From contig CAWGZX010000003.1 of NCBI GenBank assembly GCA_963827135.1, positions 131,681-195,680 of the forward strand: a stretch of DNA of 64,000 bases, in the 5' to 3' direction. Source of the DNA: Methanomassiliicoccaceae archaeon (lineage in GTDB: Archaea > Thermoplasmatota > Thermoplasmata > Methanomassiliicoccales > UBA472). The first letter of the stretch is position 1. The number at the start of each line of letters is the position of its first letter. A model generated the notes under the pieces. That model ran no database searches. It saw only the letters and a list, made by a program, of their open reading frames with translations, and was not told where the DNA came from. Shown piece by piece: positions 56,189-64,000 of this stretch. The position numbers and the translations under genes were made by a program.

Positions 56189-58102
56189 ATGAGAATGGAG
56201 ATCGGCCTTATCGGTCAGCCCAATGCGGGCAAGTCAGCTCTTTTCACCAAGTTAACTGGCATTGGGGCGATCTCCTCCAATTATCCGGGAACGACGGTAG
56301 AGTTCCAAGAGGGGTCGGTCGTGCGCAAGGGCGTCCGTCTGAACTTCCACGATCTCCCCGGCACCTATTCGCTCACCGGTATAACCGACGACGAGCTGGT
56401 GGCCACCAGGCTATTGGCGGAGAAGCAGCTCGATGTGGTGGTGGCGGTCGCCGATGCCACCAGGCTGGAGCAGAGCCTTGTCCTGATCTTCCAATTGATA
56501 GAGCTGGGCTTCAAGGTGGTTGTGGCGCTGAACCAGATGGACATGGCCAAACGGCGCTTCTCCCTCGATGTCGCAGGCCTTCGAGGGATCCTCGGCCTGC
56601 CCGTGGTCCCGACCGTGGCCATCACCGGAGAGGGGGTCGAGGACTTGGTCGAGGTGCTGGTCGAAGGCGACTACCGGCCTTCAGGGTTCACGGTCCGTTA
56701 CGACCGCCACATCGAGACCCTCCTTGAGGACCTCTGCGTCCATCCAGATTGCCGGACCGGGAAGTTCCCCAAACGCGGGGCATTGCTGAAGCTACTGGAA
56801 GGGAACAGGTTCTTCTCGGAGCAGTTCTCCGAGCAGTTCAAGGCCAGGGTCCAGGAGGCAATGGTCGAGTTCAAGGCCGATCACGGCGAGGACATCGAGG
56901 TGCACATCAGCCGCGATCGCTACGGGGAGGCGGGCAGGGTGGCCAACGGAGTCATCTCCAACCGCATCCCACCTCGGAGGATCTCCGACCGCATCTCGGA
57001 CGCCACCCTTCGCCCTCACACCGGCATACCGATACTCATCGCCGTCCTGGGCGCTATGTTCCTCGTCATCGTGTTCGTCGGGGGATGGCTCGAGGGCGCC
57101 CTCCTCACCCTCTACAGCGCCATCGTGGGGGATTTCTTCCTCGAGCTGGCAGAGTGGATCGGAGGGCCGTTGGGAGAGGCCATAGCTATGGGGATTGACC
57201 TTTCCTTGCAGGCCATCCTGGCCATCGTCATTCCTTACATCATGCTCTTCTATCTCATGCTGGGCCTATTGGAGGACACCGGCTACCTGCCCAGGGTGGT
57301 GGTCCTCCTCGATGGCGTCATGCACCGCATCGGGCTCCATGGCAGGGCGGTGATCCCTATGATCGTGGGCATGGGCTGTAACGTGCCGGCCATACTTTCC
57401 ACCCGGGTGCTGGAATCAAAGCGCGAGCGGCTCATCCTGGCGGTGATAATCGTCATCGCGGTGCCCTGCTCGGCCCAGACCGCCGTCATCATCGGCACGG
57501 TGGGAACGTTCGCGGGGGCCATCTGGGCCCTGGGCATCTACGCGATTCTCATAGCCATATTGCTCGTGCTAGGCAGGGTGCTGCACCGAGCATTGAAGTT
57601 CGAGCCGACCAGCTTGGCCATGGAGATACCAGAGCTCACCCTTCCACGACCGAAGAACGTGCTGTGGAAGACATGGATCAGGACCAAGGACTTCTTCGTG
57701 GTGGCGTTCCCGATACTGCTGGCAGGGAGCATCATCCTCGAGATCCTGATGGCCTTCGGGGTGCTGCAGGCTTTCGTCGAGCCCTTGGCCCCGTTCACGG
57801 AGGGATTCCTCGGGCTACCGCCGATAACCATAATCGCCCTGATCTTCGGCATCCTACGCAAGGAGATGGGGCTCCAGCTGTTGGTGGTGCTCTTCGGGAC
57901 GGCCGACCTTTCCACGGTCATGACCCCTGAGCAGCTTTTCATATTCGCGCTCATAATGGCCACCTACATGCCTTGCCTATCCGCCCTGGCCGTGCTCTCC
58001 AGAGAGTTCGGGAGGAAGGATGCCCTTAAGGTCACGCTGGCATCGGTTACCATAGCCTTCATGCTAGGCGGGCTGATGAACGCCCTGTTCCAGATCTTCT
58101 AA
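56189..58102 (+). CDS. feoB: Ferrous iron transporter FeoB
   Basis: GQPNAGKS, NYPGTTVE, DLPGTYSL, NQMD, LEDTGYLPR, GMGCNVPA, VPCSAQ, YMPC; start uncertain (56180-56195). Confidence 0.94.
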   Translation: MRMEIGLIGQPNAGKSALFTKLTGIGAISSNYPGTTVEFQEGSVVRKGVRLNFHDLPGTYSLTGITDDELVATRLLAEKQLDVVVAVADATRLEQSLVLIFQLIELGFKVVVALNQMDMAKRRFSLDVAGLRGILGLPVVPTVAITGEGVEDLVEVLVEGDYRPSGFTVRYDRHIETLLEDLCVHPDCRTGKFPKRGALLKLLEGNRFFSEQFSEQFKARVQEAMVEFKADHGEDIEVHISRDRYGEAGRVANGVISNRIPPRRISDRISDATLRPHTGIPILIAVLGAMFLVIVFVGGWLEGALLTLYSAIVGDFFLELAEWIGGPLGEAIAMGIDLSLQAILAIVIPYIMLFYLMLGLLEDTGYLPRVVVLLDGVMHRIGLHGRAVIPMIVGMGCNVPAILSTRVLESKRERLILAVIIVIAVPCSAQTAVIIGTVGTFAGAIWALGIYAILIAILLVLGRVLHRALKFEPTSLAMEIPELTLPRPKNVLWKTWIRTKDFFVVAFPILLAGSIILEILMAFGVLQAFVEPLAPFTEGFLGLPPITIIALIFGILRKEMGLQLLVVLFGTADLSTVMTPEQLFIFALIMATYMPCLSALAVLSREFGRKDALKVTLASVTIAFMLGGLMNALFQIF

Positions 58103-58174
58103 CCATCGGCGTCATAGGGCTAAGCGCCAGAGGGCTAAGATGGATATATACCGCCTCTCCAATATGGGAGAATC

Positions 58175-59440
58175 ATGTCCCTTCGTGGCATAATCTCCTG
58201 CGCCAAGGACCCGCTCGTGGTGCGCGAGCCGGTCAAAGCCGAATACGAGGTTACCCGCATCCTTCTGGAGAACCAGAGCCGAGCGGTCAGGTTCATCAAC
58301 TTGAACGGCGGGGAGGCTGTGGGGAACCTGTATTCGACCAGGGAGGGGGTATGCGCCTCGCTGGGCATCGAGACGCAGGAGCTCGTCCCCAAGCTGATCC
58401 GCGCTGCCGCCAAGCCCGTCCCCCCGACCGAGGTCAAGGCGCCAGGCTTCAACGACAAGATCACTGAGAAAGTGGACCTGACCAAGCTGCCCATACCCAA
58501 GTTCTACCCTCGGGACGGTGGTAGGTACATAACCGCCGGTGTAGCGGTATCCGAGTTCGAGGGCAAGAGGAACGTCTCCTTCCACAGGTTGATGCTCCTG
58601 AGCAAGGACAGCTTCGCCATCCGGTTGGTGCCTAGGCACCTGTACACCATGCACAAGGCGTCCTTGGCCAAGGGCAAGGACCTCCCCGTGGCATTCTGCG
58701 TAGGGCTCAGTCCGGCCATCCTTCTTGCAGCGGCCACTTCCACCAATTATCATCAGGACGAGCTGGAGATCGCCTCGACCTTGAACCAGGAATGCACCGG
58801 GCATCCATTGGAGGTGGCAAGGCTTCGCTCCGGGCTCCTCGTCCCGGCGCATTCCGAGTATGTGCTGGAGGGGCGCTTGACCGGCGAGATGGTGGACGAA
58901 GGGCCGTTCGTGGACATCACCGGCACGTACGACGACGTACGAAAGCAGCCAGTGTTCAAGGTGGATCGGGTCTACACGAGAAGGGACCCGATCTTCCAGA
59001 TAGTTCTGCCTGGGGGGATTGAGCACTACCTGCTCATGGGGCTGCCCCGGGAGCCGGCCATCTTCAAGTCGGTGAACCAGGCCGTGCCGCTGGTGCATGG
59101 GGTGCGACTGACCGAGGGCGGCTGCTGCTGGTTGCATGGCGTGGTCAGCATCACCAAGAACAAGGAAGGGGACGCCGTGAACGCCATCATGGCCGCATTC
59201 ACCGGGCACCCCTCCATGAAGAGGGTGATCGTCGTGGACGACGACGTGGACATTTATGACGACCGGCAGGTGGAGTGGGCGGTGGCCACCAGGTTCCAGG
59301 CGCATCGCGGTCTGGTGGTGGTGAACAATGCCGCCGGGTCGTCCCTCGACCCATCGGCCGATGGGACCACGTCCAAGGTGGGCATCGACGCCACGAAGCC
59401 CATCGGGTCGAAGGCGTTCGACCTAGCGAGACTCGATTGA
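58175..59440 (+). CDS. UbiD family prFMN decarboxylase (candidate anhydromevalonate phosphate decarboxylase)
   Basis: LPIP....DGGRYIT, EGPF.D.TG.Y, VIVVDDDVDI, VEWAVATR, SSLDPS, KVGIDAT; pathway role is inference. Confidence 0.85.
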   Translation: MSLRGIISCAKDPLVVREPVKAEYEVTRILLENQSRAVRFINLNGGEAVGNLYSTREGVCASLGIETQELVPKLIRAAAKPVPPTEVKAPGFNDKITEKVDLTKLPIPKFYPRDGGRYITAGVAVSEFEGKRNVSFHRLMLLSKDSFAIRLVPRHLYTMHKASLAKGKDLPVAFCVGLSPAILLAAATSTNYHQDELEIASTLNQECTGHPLEVARLRSGLLVPAHSEYVLEGRLTGEMVDEGPFVDITGTYDDVRKQPVFKVDRVYTRRDPIFQIVLPGGIEHYLLMGLPREPAIFKSVNQAVPLVHGVRLTEGGCCWLHGVVSITKNKEGDAVNAIMAAFTGHPSMKRVIVVDDDVDIYDDRQVEWAVATRFQAHRGLVVVNNAAGSSLDPSADGTTSKVGIDATKPIGSKAFDLARLD

Positions 59441-59473
59441 TCGCTCGTACAATGATGATGGTCCAGAACAAGG

Positions 59474-60799
59474 TCAGTAAAACGAGCGGGACTTCTCCTT
59501 CTTGCGGCAGCGGAGGTCTATGGTCTCGTTCCTCTCCTTGCCAAGGGACACTATCCTGATCGGTACGCCAGTGCTCTTGGAGACGAAGTCGAGGTAGGAT
59601 TTTACATTGGAAGGCAGGGAGTCATAGCCATTGACTGCGTAGCTCGCGCCCTTGCCCGCGGTGAACTCCTCCCATCCAGGCAGCCCGACGTATATGGGCT
59701 TGGCCCTCTGCAAGCGGTTCAATGAGGCGGGAAAGTTCTCCTCCACCCTGCCATCGATCTCGTAGCCAGTGCAGACCTTGATCGTATCCATGCCGCCGAG
59801 CACGTCCAGCTTGGTGACGGCCAGGCCGGAGAGGCCGTTTAGCCTCACGGCGTGGCGCACGATGACCAGGTCCAGCCAGCCGCATCGCCTGGGCCGTCCC
59901 GTGGTGGCGCCGTACTCTCCCCCTTTGGTCATGAGCAGATTTCCGGTCTCATCGGTGAGCTCCGTAGGGAATGGCCCCGATCCCACCCTGGTGGTGTAGG
60001 CCTTCATCACGCCGACGACCTCGTTGATCGACGAGGGCCCGATGCCCACTCCGGTGCAGATGCCGCCCGTGATGCAGCTGGAGGAAGTTACGAACGGATA
60101 GGTCCCATGGTCTATGTCCAGCATGGTGCCCTGGGCGCCCTCGAACATTACCTTCTTGCCCTTCTTCACGGCGTCGTTGACCAGGACCGAGGTGTCGCAG
60201 ACGTGGTTCTCCAACCTCCTACCATGTTCAAGGAGCCTCTGGACCAGCTCCTCCTTTGAGGGCATGGCCTCGCCGCCCAAGAGAGCGAGCTGCCTCTCCT
60301 TCAAGGGAAAGATGGCATCAAGCTTCTCTCGTAGGGCCTCCTCCTCGAGTAGGTCGCAGACCCTGATCCCATGGCGGGCGACCTTATCCGAATAGCATGG
60401 CCCTATGCCCCGGCCCGTGGTGCCCACGCCCCTGGCGCCGCGCTGGCGCTCCTCCGCTCCGTCCAGGAGACGATGGTACCTCATCACCACGTTCGCCCGG
60501 TCCGAGATGCGGAGCCCGTCCATGGAGCGGCCGCTCGCCTTTACCTTGGCCATTTCCTCCTCCAAGGCGTCCAGGTCCACGACCACGCCGTTGCCTATGA
60601 CATTGACGATGCCTGGCCTGAGTATCCCCGAGGGCAGCAGGTGCAGGGCGAAGACCTCCTCGCCGATCTCGATGGTGTGGCCAGCGTTTGCCCCGCCTTG
60701 GTAGCGCACGACCATGTCCGCGTCCTGCGCCAGATAATCCGTGATCTTGCCCTTGCCCTCGTCACCCCATTGCGTGCCGATGACCGCCAGCGTGCTCAA
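59474..60799 (-). CDS. purA: Adenylosuccinate synthetase
   Basis: QWGDEGKGK, GGANAGHT, GTTGRGIGP, EGAQG, YTTRVG.GPFPTE, TTGRPRRCGW. Confidence 0.97.
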   Translation of the reverse strand: MSTLAVIGTQWGDEGKGKITDYLAQDADMVVRYQGGANAGHTIEIGEEVFALHLLPSGILRPGIVNVIGNGVVVDLDALEEEMAKVKASGRSMDGLRISDRANVVMRYHRLLDGAEERQRGARGVGTTGRGIGPCYSDKVARHGIRVCDLLEEEALREKLDAIFPLKERQLALLGGEAMPSKEELVQRLLEHGRRLENHVCDTSVLVNDAVKKGKKVMFEGAQGTMLDIDHGTYPFVTSSSCITGGICTGVGIGPSSINEVVGVMKAYTTRVGSGPFPTELTDETGNLLMTKGGEYGATTGRPRRCGWLDLVIVRHAVRLNGLSGLAVTKLDVLGGMDTIKVCTGYEIDGRVEENFPASLNRLQRAKPIYVGLPGWEEFTAGKGASYAVNGYDSLPSNVKSYLDFVSKSTGVPIRIVSLGKERNETIDLRCRKKEKSRSFY

Positions 60800-60851
60800 G
60801 CCCTCACCGCGCTCGCATCCTTTGATGGGTAGATAAATCGTTCGGTGCAGC

Positions 60852-61952
60852 TCAGGCCATATCCAGATATGCGCTGCGGACTTCCTTCAAGGGGAGGTCG
60901 GCCTTGAAGCTGGTGGGAGAGAAGTGAGTCTTCGAGGCGTGACCGGTCTCATTTAGGCGCGCGATGACCTCGTCCAGCACATGAGGGGAGACCCTGAGCA
61001 TCGAGGAGAGCTCATTGTTCTCATAGAAGAAGGGAGTCTCCAGTTCACCTCTCCAGATCTCGAGGTACTTGGCGCAACGGTCGCCCTCCTGCAGCCCTTC
61101 GCCGGCGTCCATTTCCGAAAGGACAGCACGGTCGTACAAGGGTCCGAGCCACATCGGACCTGCCGAGGTGGAAGATGCCTCCCTCGACCAGGAGCGCTCA
61201 TGCGTGGATGGGTCATAGCTCAGGTATCCGAGGCTGGCCAACGACTCATCCGCAGCCGCAGCGCTCTCAGGCGCCTTGACGAAGCAGCGGAAGTAATGGT
61301 CGGCGTAGAAGCATAGGACAGGCCTGATGCCCTTGTCCAGCTGCGCCGCCTCCCTGGCCAGATAGCCCATGAGGACGCGCAGGCCGGTCTCGTGGCCGAA
61401 CACGTTCCTCAGGGGCCGGGACATGTAGCGGCGGACGCATTTCTTGGCATGGGTCCCGGCCAAGGGGGCGGTGTCGGTGGCTGTCAAGGCCAGGACCCCG
61501 TTCCGCTTCAGGCCTTGAAGCGCGGCCTGGACATAGGGCGCGGGAGTGCCGAAAGGATCTATATCCACATAGTCATGGACCTTGGACGCCAGAAGGCAAC
61601 GGAGGTCCTGATTGACGGCCTGGCAATTCTGCAGCTTGTTTAGGTCTATGTTGTCTTGGATGTAACGATAGGCGCGCGGGTCCTTGTCGTTGATGAACAT
61701 GTTGAATTCGCCCGGGCATTCGTTTGCCAGCCTTATCCCTCGAGCTCCGGTCGCAGCCATGGCATCCAGGGCTGAGCCTTTCATCCGAAGAGCTCTGAAC
61801 AACATAACGGAGACGTCCCGGTTGAACGCCATCTGGCCATTGAAGAAGACGCATCCCAGGCGCTTGCCCGGTCCTTTGGAGGAATGCGCCTCGGGTATCA
61901 GCAGGCGGGTCCTTCCTTCCGTGATCTCGATCGCGTCGGGCGGAACGCTCAC
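60852..61952 (-). CDS. trm1: tRNA (guanine-26-N2)-dimethyltransferase
   Basis: VFFN..M.FNRD, A.ATGARGIR, DIDPFGTP, TATD...L.G, HETGLR.L, GPMWLG.L, THFSP. Confidence 0.9.
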   Translation of the reverse strand: MSVPPDAIEITEGRTRLLIPEAHSSKGPGKRLGCVFFNGQMAFNRDVSVMLFRALRMKGSALDAMAATGARGIRLANECPGEFNMFINDKDPRAYRYIQDNIDLNKLQNCQAVNQDLRCLLASKVHDYVDIDPFGTPAPYVQAALQGLKRNGVLALTATDTAPLAGTHAKKCVRRYMSRPLRNVFGHETGLRVLMGYLAREAAQLDKGIRPVLCFYADHYFRCFVKAPESAAAADESLASLGYLSYDPSTHERSWSREASSTSAGPMWLGPLYDRAVLSEMDAGEGLQEGDRCAKYLEIWRGELETPFFYENNELSSMLRVSPHVLDEVIARLNETGHASKTHFSPTSFKADLPLKEVRSAYLDMA

Positions 61953-62491
61953 AAGAGCTCTCCCTTCATGAGCTTCATGATCTTGTAGGGCAAAAGGTTG
62001 CGGTTGATCGGCGTGACCTCAAGGATGCGCACGTCGTCCCTCCTCCTTATGTCCTGAAGCAAGGGATTCCGGGACTTCTTGTGCAAGGTGAGGAGCATGG
62101 GCTTCTCAACGTCCAAGGCGAATTTGACGGCGGAGACGAACTTCTCGGACTCCACCTCCATCTTGCCCACCTCGTCGATCACGATGACGTCGGACTCCTC
62201 GCACGCCTTCATCAAGGCGTTCACTCCCACGTTCTCGAGCACGCTCAGGTCCACTCCGAACTTTCCGACCATGAACTTGCTCTGGATGTCCATGTGGGCA
62301 AGGACCTCTTTCTCCTTTGTCCTCCAATCAATTATGGAGAACCCCACCCGTCGGTTTTCCTCGATGATGGGCTCGGTGATCATGCCGCCCACGGTCAGCT
62401 CCTCGGCCTCGAGCATCTCGATGACCTTGATGAGGGCGTGGGTCTTGCCTGCGCCCGGAAGTCCAGTGATACCAATCTTAATACTATTCAT
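61949..62491 (-). CDS. Nucleoside-triphosphatase (THEP1/NTPase_1 family)
   Basis: ITGLPGAGKT, R.GF, VGKFGVD, IDEVGKME, NRN. Confidence 0.9.
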   Translation of the reverse strand: MNSIKIGITGLPGAGKTHALIKVIEMLEAEELTVGGMITEPIIEENRRVGFSIIDWRTKEKEVLAHMDIQSKFMVGKFGVDLSVLENVGVNALMKACEESDVIVIDEVGKMEVESEKFVSAVKFALDVEKPMLLTLHKKSRNPLLQDIRRRDDVRILEVTPINRNLLPYKIMKLMKGELL

Positions 62492-62661
62492 CTTGTCACC
62501 GAGCTAGATAAAACCGAGCGCTAGTCCACCTGCGTCCGATAGAAGGGTGTAATGGCATTTCTTGCTTAATTACCTTTTTCTGATCGCGGCATGCTGGAAA
62601 GCGCCGATGGCTATCCAATCGGAATCATTTATTACCGTTGCAGGGCGATGTTCGGGACGGA

Positions 62662-62997
62662 ATGAACGAAGCATCGCCTCGAATCGGTGGTGAGAGACCG
62701 GCCTGGAAGAGGGTGCGCCTCGAGGTTCTCGTCCTCTCCGGTTCTTTGGCTTTGGCAGGCGGTCTGTTGTTCCTTCTGCCATGGGACGAGGGCTATTCCA
62801 TGTTGATGAAGGCCCTGGGGCTTGCCCTGATACTGGCGGGCGCGATAGTCGCCGCCACCCGGCCCTGGAACTTCATGAAGCGGATGGAGATGCAGCTCTT
62901 CGTGCACAAGGAGAGACTGAAGAGCCATATGGACGAGAACAGGACCAGGATGGAGTCCCAGCTCTCGAAGAGGGAAAAGGACGAAGATGAACCATGA
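62662..62997 (+). CDS. Small two-TM membrane hypothetical protein
   Basis: Two hydrophobic helices then a charged tail; start uncertain. Confidence 0.5.
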   Translation: MNEASPRIGGERPAWKRVRLEVLVLSGSLALAGGLLFLLPWDEGYSMLMKALGLALILAGAIVAATRPWNFMKRMEMQLFVHKERLKSHMDENRTRMESQLSKREKDEDEP

Positions 62998-63048
62998 TCC
63001 CCGGAATCGAGGCATCATGCAGTTGATCGGTCCCATGATCCTGGAGGA

Positions 63049-63444
63049 TCAGACCTCAGAGATCTCCTTCACGAACATCAACGGATAGCGGAGCTCGGTG
63101 ACGTACCTCATCTCCGCCACGGCGCGGACGCCCTCCACCTCTATCACCAATGTCACGTCCAGCATGTTGCCGGTCAGGGTCTGGTAATCGAACTCGTCCC
63201 TTTTCTTGCGCAGGGCGGCACGGTCTATCCTCACCCTGACGTCCTTGACGAAGGGCTGCACCTTCACACCGTCCTCCATCGCCCTCTCGAGGATGTCGGC
63301 ATTGGCTGCGCAGACCGGCGTACCAACGAACTGATGGTAGATCGTTCCCAGCTTGATGCCGGCCTCGAAGACCGCCCTCTCCCGCGGACTGCAATTGAAA
63401 TACTTCGCGGCCAGCTCCTCCCGCTTGGACCTGTTCATAGCCAT
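63049..63444 (-). CDS. mptD: Archaeal dihydroneopterin aldolase (MptD/DUF381 family)
   Basis: RERAVFEAGIKLGTIYHQFVGTPV, QPFV, Y..L.G.ML, L.YPLM signature. Confidence 0.82.
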   Translation of the reverse strand: MAMNRSKREELAAKYFNCSPRERAVFEAGIKLGTIYHQFVGTPVCAANADILERAMEDGVKVQPFVKDVRVRIDRAALRKKRDEFDYQTLTGNMLDVTLVIEVEGVRAVAEMRYVTELRYPLMFVKEISEV

Positions 63445-63448
63445 ACGT

Positions 63449-64000
63449 TCATCGCTCCTTCAATACCATCTTGGCATCCACGACCACGTACCCGTCCTCC
63501 CTGAGGATCACTGGGTTGAGGTCCAGTTGCTCCATGTCCCTCTTCTCCATCGCCATGCTGGAGACCCTCAACAGCAGGTCGAGCATGGCCTCCCTGTCGG
63601 CGAAGAATCCGCGAAAGCCCTGGAAGAACGCGGAGGCCTTGCTCTCGCCAAGCATCTCCTCCGCATCCTTCTTGGTGATGGGAAGCCTGCGGAAGGAGAC
63701 GTCTTTGTAAAGCTCCGCCATCACGCCCCCCATGCCGAACATGATGCAGGGGCCGAAGTCCTTATCATGGAGCACCCCGACGATGACCTCCGGGCCCTTT
63801 GGTTCCATCGACTCGACGAGCACGTCCGCGTCAGGGAACCTTGACATGATCTGGTCGTACCGGCGGAGCAGTTCATCTGGCGTCGCCACGTCGAGGAAAA
63901 GGCCGCCCACCTCGGTCTTGTGGAGTACCTTGGCCGAGCTTACTTTGACGGCCAAAGGATATGATAGGGGAAGGTCAGAGAGCTCGCCCCTGCGGGGCAG
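63449..64000 (-). CDS. acdB: Acetate/acyl-CoA ligase (ADP-forming) beta subunit, 5'-truncated by the window
   Basis: YPLAVKVSS...HKTEVGG, EVIVG...DFGP.IMFGMGG, LDLNPV ATP-grasp; frame stays open to the window end. Confidence 0.85.
   Translation of the reverse strand: MPRRGELSDLPLSYPLAVKVSSAKVLHKTEVGGLFLDVATPDELLRRYDQIMSRFPDADVLVESMEPKGPEVIVGVLHDKDFGPCIMFGMGGVMAELYKDVSFRRLPITKKDAEEMLGESKASAFFQGFRGFFADREAMLDLLLRVSSMAMEKRDMEQLDLNPVILREDGYVVVDAKMVLKER

Noticed and set aside
2230-59305. Long antisense or alternate-frame ORFs (e.g. 2230..3339, 33880..34866, 36424..37530, 53239..54426, 58112..59305)
   Set aside because: Shadow ORFs expected from high GC3 codon bias opposite well-supported genes; no motifs
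1-64000. Transposases, integrases, prophage, defence systems, rRNA
   Set aside because: No recognisable motifs or structures for any of these

Overview
GC-rich, gene-dense archaeal chromosome segment, most consistent with a Methanomassiliicoccales-like Thermoplasmatota (inference from archaeal ValRS/GlyRS/Trm1/MptD/AksA-like genes alongside bacterial-type cysK-cysE-cysS, iscS-iscU and folC; no mcr or pyl genes are in the window to confirm this). About 65 CDSs cover housekeeping (topA, valS, glyS, cysS, purA, pyrD/K, trm1), Ni/Fe/Zn homeostasis (CobW-type GTPase, nikR, hypA/hypD, ferritin-like proteins, DtxR-feoB with two visible operators) and sulfur/Fe-S metabolism. Two tRNAs are absent from the ORF track: tRNA-Gly(GCC) and tRNA-Cys(GCA). 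The strongest candidate for an undescribed system is at 16.5-21.2 kb and is hidden by many 1-nt frameshifts. It is a four-gene SipW/TasA fibre operon: a TasA-like major subunit, a SipW peptidase, a six-blade Kelch-like protein with only the TasA-like N-terminal strand (putative tip), and a membrane-anchored TasA-core/CARDB protein lacking that strand, with a cytoplasmic winged-helix-like end (putative base). Other highlights are a CBS+HPF-like ribosome hibernation factor, an IscU with two substituted cluster ligands, an in-frame hypA-TAG-hypD junction and a type IV pilin-like trio. No CRISPR array, rRNA, integrase or transposase was recognised. All calls are by-eye motif recognition; no database searches were run.
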